This document shows positions 53,839 to 64,000 of a stretch of DNA of 64,000 nt, one piece after another. The position numbers were made by a program, and so were the translations under genes. Origin of the DNA: Anaeramoeba ignava BMAN (Eukaryota; Protista; Anaeramoebae); assembly GCA_028826165.1 (NCBI GenBank), contig JAPDFW010000001.1, forward strand, positions 1 through 64,000, written 5' to 3'. The notes under the pieces are model-generated. The model did not search any database. It was not told the origin of the DNA and worked only from the letters and a program-made list of their open reading frames with translations. Position 1 is the first letter of the stretch; the number at the start of each line of letters is the position of its first letter.

Positions 53839-56826
53839 ATGTCAAGAACAGGAAGAACTGCAGGACCAAGAAGCCAAGAATGGGTACGATTACAACGAAA
53901 AATTTTTTCGCGATGGGTTAAACAAAAATTATTAAGAACCAGACCAGAAATCCAAGTGAACGATGTAGTAGATGATTACAAAGATGGAGTAATGCTATTG
54001 AATCTAATCGAAGTATTAAGCGAATCAAAATTTGAAGGGAAATACAATCAACGACCCAAAATGTCAGTTCATCGAATAGACAATTTAAACAACGCATTAA
54101 AATTCGCATGGAGTAAGGGAGTTGATATGAAGGTGAAACCGTCGGCAGAGCAGCTAGAAAAGGGGGACCAAAAGGCAGCACTAGCTTTGACTTGGGGAAT
54201 CATGATGAAATTCATTAAGATTGACGATGGATCGGGCGGAGAAGCCTTGAATGCAAAGGATGCACTTATGATGTGGTGCAAAAACAAAACCGCAGGATAT
54301 AAAGGAGTCGAGATTACTGACTTCAAGAAGAGTTTTGCGGACGGATACGCTCTGTGCGCAATCATCCACAAACACCGTCCAAAATTAATTGATCTTTCCA
54401 GTTTGGATCCAAATGATCCAATTAAGAACCTGCAGATTGCCCAGGACGCTGCGGAGAAGTACTTTGGCCTGGAAAAATACATCACGCCTGATGAGATTAG
54501 AAAACTTGATGAGAACTCAATGGTTGTTTATGTCAGTGAATACTACTACGGAATTGCCGAGCAAAGAAAACTTGATTTGGCAGCTAGAAGAATTAAAAAG
54601 CTAATTGTTTTGACAAAAGAAAATGACAGGCTAAAAACTGAATATAATAAAACCGCCAAAAATTTCAAAGACACGCTCAAGCGCGTCGAGGTTGTTCTCG
54701 AGGACAGAACAATCGACAACACCATGGCGGGTGCAAAGCTGCGTCTGGAGAAGTTCTACGAGTACAAGACAAAGGAAAAAAGCTCGCTCATTTCGGATCA
54801 ATTGGATCTTGAGTCAAATTACAACAATTTGGCTATGCGTCTCGCCCATCACAAAAGACCCGAATTCAAACCCGAGAAAGGGTGCTCCCTCAAAGAGGTT
54901 GCCCAGGATATGCTCCATCTCGAGGAGTGCGAGCAAGAGAGGAAAGTGGCTCTTCATGCTGAGCTCAACCGCCAGCTCAAACTCGTCAACCTTGCGACAC
55001 AACACGAGTCACGCTTCAACAAACTCTCAGACTACTTCAACGAAAAGCAGGCTTATCTTAATCTCAGAGAGGAAATCGACTCCGTTTCTGCCGCTCATTT
55101 CCAACTTAGACTCCTCGACCGTTACCAAAAGGAGAATGAAACTATGATCAAAACCGGAGTCGCTAATTTGAAGAGTTTGTCCGCTGAATTGAAACAAGAA
55201 AAATACGAATACCAGGCCCATATCGAAGACCACGACAAAGATATCGATGCTAAATTCAAAAAACTTGATGAGTTGGCTAGGATCAAGAAACCCATTCTTG
55301 ATGACCATTTGAAACGTGAGGAATTTATCGTTAAAGTCAGACAAATGAATGATGAGCATAAAGACAAATACAACAAACTCGTCAAATGGTTCCAAATCAA
55401 AAATGCTTATTTGCTCATCAAAGAGGAAATTGACTCCGTTACTCTTGCATCCAAAAACTTGAATATCTTCGGTTCTTACGTCAAGGAATATGAGAAATAT
55501 AAGGACTATGATCTTGTTGAATTTATCAAATTGGGAAAAGAAATTTTGGCTCAAGAATACAAAACAGAACATTCTCATTATGTTTATGATATTACTGAAT
55601 ACCAAGGCAAATCATTCAATCAAAACAGATTTGCTGATATCACTAACAGACACGACGACATGGATGCTAAATTCAAGCAATTATCAGAATTGGCAAACGA
55701 AAAGAAAGGATATCTTGATGAACAGCTGAGACTTGAAACCAAGAAGGAAGAATTGCGATTGGAATTTGCAAATTTGATTTCGGAATTCACGGCTTATGTC
55801 AAATTGGAAATTGAAAATGCAAGTCTTCGTGAGTTTGGATTTACACTTGAAGAAGTTGAGGCGTACAAGAAAGTGATTGACGAGACTGATAAACAAGTTT
55901 TAGGAAATGCAAGCAAGATGAAGGAGTCATGCGAGAAGGTGAAAGTTGAGATGGACGAGTACAAAGTGACGAATAATCCGTACACTGGGCTCACAATAAA
56001 AGACTCCGCAACCTCCTTCCAGACACTCCAAGACGCACTTTCGGAGCGAACAAAAGCCTACGAAGCTGAGCTTAAGCGCCAGCGAGAAAACGACGAGTTG
56101 TGCAAGAAATTTGCGCAGTTGGCAGATCCGTTCTCGAAATGGATCACTGAACAAAAAGATCAAATCACAGCTTCAAAGGAGTCGCTTGAAGTGCAGCTTG
56201 CGTTTGTGGACAAATGCATCTCGAGCTTGTCGACAGAGCAAGCCAAGTTGCAGCCCTTGAAGGATCTCCAGGAAAAGATGGACAAAGCAGGAATCCAAAA
56301 CAACAGACACACTACATTGACATTAAAAGATTTGCTAGTTCAATGGGGACAATATGAGAACTTTTTGAAACGCAAGAAGAAGATGCTTGAGGAGGAGATT
56401 GAGCACCAGAAACTGCGCGGTATTACTGCCGAGCAGATGCAGGAAATTGAAGAGAACTTCAAGCAATTTGATTTTGACAATTCAGGCACTATTGATAGAA
56501 AAGAGCTTACTGCTTGTCTTTATTCTCTTGGGGAAGAGAGAACCCCAAAGGAGATCAATAAAATCATGGAGGAATATGGTGATGGCAAGGATATTTCTTA
56601 TGAGCGCTTCAAGGATTTCATGATTGTTTTGTTTGGTGATACAGATACTAAAGACGAGATTATTAATTCCTTTATTTTGATTAATCGCGGCCACAAAGTT
56701 GCTAAGAAAGATCTTATGGAATTAGTTATGGATGACCAAGATATTGAGTATATTCTCAAAACTGCTCCTCAAGTTGATGAGGGTTATAATTATCATGCTT
56801 GGACTGAAGAAGTTTTTTCACGTTGA
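53839..56826 (+). CDS. Alpha-actinin-like actin cross-linker (2 CH domains, spectrin-like rod, EF-hands), 995 aa, intronless
   Basis: CH1 QRKIFSRWV...DGVMLLNLIEVLS; CH2 AKDALMMWCKNKTAGY...FADGYALCAIIHKHRP; EF-hand FKQFDFDNSGTIDRKELTACLYSLG. Confidence 0.92.
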   Translation: MSRTGRTAGPRSQEWVRLQRKIFSRWVKQKLLRTRPEIQVNDVVDDYKDGVMLLNLIEVLSESKFEGKYNQRPKMSVHRIDNLNNALKFAWSKGVDMKVKPSAEQLEKGDQKAALALTWGIMMKFIKIDDGSGGEALNAKDALMMWCKNKTAGYKGVEITDFKKSFADGYALCAIIHKHRPKLIDLSSLDPNDPIKNLQIAQDAAEKYFGLEKYITPDEIRKLDENSMVVYVSEYYYGIAEQRKLDLAARRIKKLIVLTKENDRLKTEYNKTAKNFKDTLKRVEVVLEDRTIDNTMAGAKLRLEKFYEYKTKEKSSLISDQLDLESNYNNLAMRLAHHKRPEFKPEKGCSLKEVAQDMLHLEECEQERKVALHAELNRQLKLVNLATQHESRFNKLSDYFNEKQAYLNLREEIDSVSAAHFQLRLLDRYQKENETMIKTGVANLKSLSAELKQEKYEYQAHIEDHDKDIDAKFKKLDELARIKKPILDDHLKREEFIVKVRQMNDEHKDKYNKLVKWFQIKNAYLLIKEEIDSVTLASKNLNIFGSYVKEYEKYKDYDLVEFIKLGKEILAQEYKTEHSHYVYDITEYQGKSFNQNRFADITNRHDDMDAKFKQLSELANEKKGYLDEQLRLETKKEELRLEFANLISEFTAYVKLEIENASLREFGFTLEEVEAYKKVIDETDKQVLGNASKMKESCEKVKVEMDEYKVTNNPYTGLTIKDSATSFQTLQDALSERTKAYEAELKRQRENDELCKKFAQLADPFSKWITEQKDQITASKESLEVQLAFVDKCISSLSTEQAKLQPLKDLQEKMDKAGIQNNRHTTLTLKDLLVQWGQYENFLKRKKKMLEEEIEHQKLRGITAEQMQEIEENFKQFDFDNSGTIDRKELTACLYSLGEERTPKEINKIMEEYGDGKDISYERFKDFMIVLFGDTDTKDEIINSFILINRGHKVAKKDLMELVMDDQDIEYILKTAPQVDEGYNYHAWTEEVFSR

Positions 56827-56909
56827 TTTAATTAATTTTTTTTAAAAAAAAAACACAATAATAATAAATCAACGAACTTAACCAAAACATTTATTAATTT
56901 TAAAAATAT

Positions 56910-59900
56910 GAATTAAAAATTAAATAAAAATTAAATAAAATATGAAATAAAAATTAAATAAAAATTAAATATAAAATGAAATATAAATTAAATAAAATGT
57001 GGAATAAAAATTAAATATAAATTAAATAAAATGTGGAATAAAATGTGGAATAAAAATATTAAATAAAAATTAAATAATAGAAATAAAATTAAATAAAAAT
57101 TAAATAAATATTAAATATAAATTAAATAAAAATTAAATAAAAATATGAAATAAAAATGTGGAATAAAAATATTAAATATAAATTAAATAAAATGTGGAAT
57201 AAAATGTGGAATAAAAATATTAAATATAAATTAAATAAAATGGAATAAAAATATTAATTATAAATTAAATAAAATGTGGAATAAAAATATTAATTATAAA
57301 TTAAATAAAATATTGAATAAAAATATTATAAATTAAATAAAATGTGGAATAAAAATATTAATAATAAATTAAATAAAAATATTAAATAAAAATGTGGAAT
57401 AAAAATGTGGAATAAAAATATTAATTAATTTATTTATTAAAAATTAAAATTATTATTTAAAATATTAAATTTTAAAAAATAAGAAAAAATTAAATTTAAT
57501 TAAAAAGCCATAGTTTAATTTTAAATAAAATATGGAATAAAAATGTGGAATAAAAATGTGGAATAAAATATTAAATATAAATTAAATAAAATATGGAATA
57601 AAAATGTGGAATAAAAATATTAAATATAAATTAAATAAAAATGGAATAAAAATATTAAATATAAATTAAATAAAATGTGGAATAAAAATATTAAATAAAA
57701 TGTGGAATAAAATATTTAAATAAAAATATTAAATATAAATTAAATAAAAATATGAAATATAAATTAAATAAAATATTATTTATTAATTAAATAAAATGTG
57801 GAATAAAAAATAATAATAAATTAAATAAAATGTGGAATAAAAATATTAAATATAAATTAAATAAAATGTGGAATAAAATGTGGAATAAAAATATTAATTA
57901 ATTTATTTATTTATTAAAAATTAAAATTATTATTTAAAATATTAAATTTTTAAAAAAAATAAGAAAAATTAAATTTAATTTAATTTAAAAAGCCACCTTA
58001 GCTCAGTTTTAATTTATAAATTAAATATAAATTAAATAAAATATGGAATAAAAATATTAAATATAAATTAAATAAAAATATTAAATAAAAATGTGGAATA
58101 AAATATTAAATATAAATATTAAATAAAAATGTGGAATAAAAAATTAATAAATAAAATAAAAAAAATGTGGAATAAAATGAATAAAAATATTAATTAAAAA
58201 TTAAATAAAATGGAATAAAAATATTAAATATAAATTAAATAAAATGGAATAAAAATGTGGAATAAAAAATTAATTTAAATTAAAAAAATGGAATAAAAAG
58301 CCAAATATAAATTAAATAAAATATGGAATAAAAATATTAATTATAAATTAAAAAAATGTGGAATAAAAATTAAAAAAAATAAATGTGGAATAAAATGTGG
58401 AATAAAAATATTAAATATAAATTAAATAAAATATGGAATAAAAATATGAAAATAAAAATATTAAATAAAATGTGGAATAAAATATTAATATTAAATTAAA
58501 TAAAATGTGGAACAAAAATATTAATTATAAATTAAATAAATATGGAATAAAAATATTAATTATAAATTAAATAAAAATATTAACATAAATTAAATAAATA
58601 TTAAATAAAATGTGGAATAAAAATATTAAATATAAATATTAAATAAAAATGTGGAATAAAAATATTAATTATAAATTAAAAAAAAAATAAAAATTAAAAT
58701 AAAAAATAAAAATGTGGAATAAAAAATATTAATTATAAATTAAATAAAATGTGGAATAAAAATGTGGAATAAAAATATTAAATATAAATTAAATAAAATA
58801 TGGAATAAAAATTAAATAAAAATATTAAATAAAAATATTAATTATAAATTAAATAAAATGTGGAATAAAAATATTAAATACAAATTAAATAAAATATGGA
58901 ATAAAAATATGAAATAAAATAAATAAAATGTGGAATAAAAATATTAATAATAAATTAAATAAAAATGTGGAATAAAAATATTAAATATAAATTAAATAAA
59001 ATGTGGAATAAAAATATTAATTAAATAAATTAAATAAATAAAATGTGGAATAAAAATATTAAATAAAAATATTAAATATTAATTAAATATAATGTGGAAT
59101 AAAAAATGTGGAATAAAAATATTAAAATAAAATGTGGAATAAAAATTAAATAAAAATATTAAATAAAATATGGAATAAAAATATTAATTATAAATTAAAT
59201 AAAACAAAAATAAAAACATTAATATAAATAAAATAAAATGTGGAACAAAAATATTAAACATAAATTAAAAAAAAATGGAATAAAATGTGGAATAAAAATA
59301 TTAATAATAAATTAAATAAAATGTGGAATAAAAATACAAATATAAATTAAATAAAATGTGGAATAAAAATATTAAATAAAAATGAAACAAAAATATGGAA
59401 TAAAATGTGGAAAAAAAATATTAAATAAATTAAACAAATGTGAATAAAATGTGGAATAAAAATATTTAAATATAAATTAAATAAAAATATTAAATACAAA
59501 TTAAATAAAAATATTAAATATAAATTAAATGAAATATGGAATAAAAATATTAAATAAATTAAACATAAATAAAATAAAAAAAATAAAATAAAATTAAAAA
59601 AAAAAAAATAAAAATTAAATATAAATTAAATAAAAATATTAAAAAATAAAACGAAAAAAAATGTGGAATAAAAATATTAAATATTAATTTAAATAAAATA
59701 TGGAATAAAAATATTAATTATAAATTAAATAAAAATATTAAATAAAATTAAATAATAATTAAATAAAATGTGGAATAAAAATATTAATAAAAATTAAATA
59801 AATATTAAATAAAAATGGGAATAAAATGTGGAATAAAAATATTAATTATAAATTAAATAAAATATTAAAATAAAATATTAATTATAAAATTAAATAAAAA

Positions 59901-60710
59901 TATTAAATAAAATATTAATTATAAATTAAAAAAAATATGGAATAAAATGTGGAATAAAAATGTGGAATAAAATGTGGAATAAAAATATTAAATAATAATT
60001 AAATAAAATGTGGAATAAAAATATTAATTAATTTATTTATTAATTGAATAAAAATATTAAATATAAATTAAATAAAATGTGGAATAAAATGTGGAATAAA
60101 AATATTAATTTATTTATTTATTAAAAATTAAAATTATTATTTAAAATATTAAATTTTTAAAAATAAGAAAAATTTAAAATTTAATTTAAAAAGCCACCTT
60201 AGCTCAGTTTTAATTTATAAATTAAATATAAATAAATAAAAATATGGAATAAAAATATTAAATATAAATGAAATAAAATGTGGAATAAAAATATTAAATA
60301 TAAATTAAATAAAATATGGAATAAAAATATTAAATATAAATTAAATAAAATGTGGAATAAAATGTGGAATAAAAATATTAATTAATTTATTTATTTATTT
60401 ATTAAAAATTAAAATTATTATTTAAAATATTTAATTTTAAAAAAATAAGAGAAAAAAATTAAATTTAATTTAATTAAAAAAGCCACCTTAGCTCAGTTTT
60501 AATTTATAAATAAAATATAAATAAAATATAAATTAAATATAAAATGAAATAAAAATATTGAATATAAATTAAATAAAATGTGGAATAAAATGTGGAATAA
60601 AAATATTAATTAATTTATTTATTTATTTAATAAAAATTAAAATTATTATTTAAAATATTAAATTTTTAAAAAAAAAAATAAGAAAAAAAAAATTAAATTA
60701 AATTTAATTA
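56910..60710. repeat. 3.8-kb satellite rich in TGTGGAATAAAA, containing truncated tRNA copies
   Basis: Dozens of (A)ATGTGGAATAAAA units. GCCACCTTAGCTCAGTTT occurs at 57992, 60193 and 60482. Confidence 0.9.
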
Positions 60711-60716
60711 AAAAAA

Positions 60717-60790
60717 GCCACCTTAGCTCAGTTTGGCAGAGCGCTTGTCTTGTAAACAAGAGGTCCCTGGTTCGAGTCCAGAAGGTGGCA
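60717..60790 (+). tRNA. tRNA-Thr(TGT)
   Basis: Acceptor stem GCCACCT/AGGTGGC. A box TAGCTCAGTTTGG. Anticodon arm CTTGT-CTTGTAA-ACAAG. T-loop/B box GGTTCGAGTCC. Downstream T-run. Confidence 0.95.
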
Positions 60791-60868
60791 TTTATATTTT
60801 TTTTATTTTTTTTATTTTTTTAATTTTTTAATTAATTTTTTTTCATTTTTCTCTTTTCTTTTAAAAGA

Positions 60869-63800
60869 ATGAAATTAAGAATTCATCAAACAAGAACTCT
60901 TTTAAGAAAGAATTGGATTCAATCAAAAAGAAATTTAAAAAGCACTTTGTAAACAATTTTTAAAAAGATTTTAATAATATTTCTTTATATTTTTTTGATC
61001 AAAATTAAATGAAATTAAATGAAATTAAATGAAATAAATTTTTTTGATACGTATCAATTAAATTTTTTTTCTTTATTTGATCATTTAATTACATTTTTAA
61101 TCAGAAACCATTTTTTTAAATACATCAAATTTTATTAATTTTCACTAATTAAATTAATTTGATTTAAACTTATAAATTTTTCATTTTAAATTTTTAAACT
61201 TAATTTAGATGCACAATTTTGGTTCCAGTTATTTTTAATGTTCTTCTTCTGATATTTGGAGCAATTATTAAAGCATCAAGATTAGATGCTAATAAAGGAA
61301 AGTAAGCTAAAAAATTTTAATTTTAATTTTAATTTTAATTTTAATTTCAAAATGAATTTTAATTTCAATTTCAATTTCAAAATGAATTTCAATTTCAATT
61401 TTAATTTCAAATTGAATTTTAATTTCAATTTTAATTTCAAAATGAATTTTAATTTCAATTTTAATTTTAATTTCAATTTTAATTTCAATTTTAATTTCAA
61501 AATGAATTTTAATTTTAATTTTAAATTGAATTTTAATTATAATTTCAAAATGAATTTTAATTTTAATTTCAAAATGAATTTTGATTTCAAATTTAATTTT
61601 AATTAAAAAAGACAGAAATCCAAAACTTGAACCAATTAATTTCCCAAAATGTGATACAGTAAGTTAAATTCAAAATCAAAATTAAAAAATTTTTTTAAAT
61701 TAAAAAAAAATATTTCTTTATTTACAGATAGCATGTTATGACTTTGTTTACAATGAAAAAAACAACACAAAAGTTCAAGAAATTGTTCAAAAAGTATTTT
61801 CGTTTATTTAAAACTAAAAAAAAGACAATATAATTTAAAAAAAAAATCAATTTAAAGATTTGTGATAATGAAGGAATAAATAAAGCAACTAGTACTTTGG
61901 GTTTTGATACAGCGAATGAAGTAGATTATTATCTCTCAAATAATACCAACAAAACTTATGTTGGATATATGTTTTTACTACCAAATGGATCTTATAACGA
62001 TATACCAGATACAACAAATGTAATCATTTTTTTTTAGGAAAAAAATAAAAAGAAGATCCAAAGAAGAATAAAAAAAAATGAAACAAAACAAAAAGAAGAA
62101 GTTATCAAAACTTGAACTAACCAAAAAAAAATAACAAAAAATTTGAACTAATCAAAAATAAAAAGTTCTCAGTAGTAGTGAATCAATCAACCATATATCA
62201 ATCTACAGGACTTGATGATTTTTTGGATGTTTTTGTTCCTGCTCAATATGCTTTACAGAAAGCCTTGTTTGAAGTTCTTCAAAATAAATCAATGAGTTTT
62301 GATGTGACGACAATGAAATATCCTCATCCTCAATTAACACCTACAGATGCTATTCCTATAATGGCTCCTACTTTTTATTTTTGGTCAGCTTTGTTTCAGT
62401 TGGTTATTCAGATGACACAAATTGTTCAAGAAAAAGAATATCGGCAAAGATTTGGGATGATTGTTATGGGGTTGAAGGGTAGTTTTATTAAAATCCATTT
62501 TTAAATTAAATTTAAAATTGAAATTCATTTATAAATTAAAATCCATTTATAAATTAAAATTAAAATTGAAATCAAAATCAAAATCAAAATTGAAATTAAA
62601 ATCAAAATCAAAATCAAATTTAAATTAAAATTAAAATTAAAATTAAAATTAAAATTAAAATTATAATTAAAATCAAAATTAAAATTAAAATCAAAATTAA
62701 AATCAAAATTAAAATTAAAATCAAATTTAAAATTAAAATTAAAATTAAAATTAAAATTAAAATTCAAATCAAAATTGAAATTAAAATCAAAATTAAAATT
62801 AAAATTAAAATTCAAATTGAAATTAAAATTAAAATTAAAATTAAAATTAAAATTAAAATCAAATTTAAAATTAAAATTAAAATTAAAATTAAAATTCATT
62901 TATAAAATTTAATAAAAAAGGTACATCTTATTGGATATCATGGTTCATCGCTAACTTCATCACAATTGTGATCTCAATATTCTTACAAATCGCAACTGGA
63001 GCAATGTTTCAATTTGAATTCTTTTTAGAAAACGCATTTGGAACATATTTCTTTTTATTTTTCCTTTTTGGATTAACAACGATCTCATTAGCATTTTTTT
63101 TCACTTCAATTCTTGGAAAAACAAAAACAACAACAACAGTAGGATTTGTGATGTTTTTCTTTTTCACTATACTAAACGCAATAACAACGAACGTAATCTT
63201 CCAATCGAGCGTACCAAGCTGGGTGCGTACTATACTCTCTTTTCTTCCGCCAGTGGTTTTCTCGAAGGGAGTGTTTGATCTCGCGGATAAAACTTCAGCT
63301 CCGCAATTTCACGGAATCAGATGGGCCGATCGCGGGCACAACGCAAGTATGTACTCGCTTACGACAATATACAACTGGCTCATCTTGGATTTCGTCATCT
63401 TCTTTGTTCTCGCGCTTTATCTGGACAACGTCGTTCCCTCTTCTTCAGGAATAGCAAGACATCCGTTATTTTTCCTGCAGAAATCTTATTGGACTGGAAA
63501 ATATAAGAAAAAAAAACAAACACAAATCTCTTCAGAAACAGACAATTTGCTCGATGCAGATGTTCTCCAGGAAAAGAAGATGATTGCAGACGGCGAGTCT
63601 CCAGAGACAACCGCAGTCTCCATTGTCAATCTGACCAAAGTGTTCAAAAAAACACTTTTCCAAAAAAAAACCGATTTCAAAGCAGTTGATTCTCTGTTCC
63701 TAACGCTGCGCAACGGTGAGCTACTCGGCTTGCTCGGACCCAACGGATCGGGCAAATGCCTTGGTTTGGGAACGCCTGTCATAAAGTACAACGGCGATGT

Positions 63801-64000
63801 TGTTCCCGTGGAAACAATCTCGATCGGCGATGTTCTTCTTGGCGACGATTCTTCTCCTCGTCGTGTCCTTGCAACAACACGAGGCACAGGCCCTCTCTTT
63901 AATATCACTCCCCTCAAAAACCCCAACTTTGTTCTTCCGTATACCGTCAACGATAAGCATATTCTTTCTCTCAAACTCGTCCAAAATATCTCCTACACTT
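60869..64000 (+). CDS. ABCA-subfamily ABC transporter (5' part, multi-exon), intein-containing, runs off the window
   Basis: N-terminal QTRTLLRKNWIQSKRN, IVQEKEYRQRFGMIVMGLK|GTSYWISWF, LALYLDNVVP, and NBD start AVDSLFLTLRNGELLGLLGPNGSGK. The last exon, 62921-64000, is open and in frame. Confidence 0.9.
63757..64000 (+). mobile_element. Intein (N-terminal splicing region) inserted in the Walker A motif of ABCA NBD1; truncated by the window end
   Basis: In-frame CLGLGTPVIKYNGDVVPVETISIGDVLLGDDSSPRRVLATTRGTGPLFNI...YTVNDKHILSL follows GPNGSGK directly. This gives block A with Cys1, the N2 motif and the block B xxH motif. Confidence 0.92.

Noticed and set aside
56910-60710. CRISPR-like array or telomeric repeat
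   Set aside because: There are no unique spacers, spacing is irregular, the context is eukaryotic and interstitial, and no cas genes are present.
61044-61057. 14-bp palindrome TTGATACGTATCAA in ABCA intron 1
   Set aside because: It is short, isolated and without supporting context, so plausibly chance.
63321-63984. Overlapping ORFs at 63321(+), 63395(-), 63486(-) and 63721(-)
   Set aside because: They are by-products of the GC-richer ABCA/intein exon; the real frame is the open plus frame from 62923.

Overview
This is an extremely AT-rich, intron-containing eukaryotic window. The genome style and the presence of an intein suggest an anaerobic metamonad such as Anaeramoeba, which is an inference. 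It holds about 19 protein-coding loci: OSCA/TMEM63-like, a winged-helix-like unknown, Qc-SNARE, SH3BGR, RPS10, a longin-like unknown, RPC9/CRCP, HUN/ubinuclein-like, PIG-O/G, SHOC2-like LRR, GCP3, SERBP1-like, DHHC, EMC5, APC16-like, CBM20-ankyrin-BTB, DCAF13, RPB12, alpha-actinin and ABCA. There is one tRNA-Thr(TGT), and satellites fill most introns and intergenic spaces. Main findings: (1) an intein inserted exactly in the Walker A P-loop (GPNGSGK|CLGLGTPV...) of an ABCA transporter, running off the window end; (2) a 762-bp non-autonomous TIR transposon with TTAA target-site duplication (Kolobok-like) inside a microsatellite intron; (3) repeated 18-nt 5' fragments of the tRNA, each with its upstream flank, in a TGTGGAATAAAA satellite; (4) a GTGGAAT/ATTCCAC motif shared by four otherwise unrelated arrays; (5) a synonymous-site A-to-GC-to-T gradient across long exons that resets at satellite introns. 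Several loci carry indels that look like assembly errors. All protein calls come from motif recognition by eye, without database searches.
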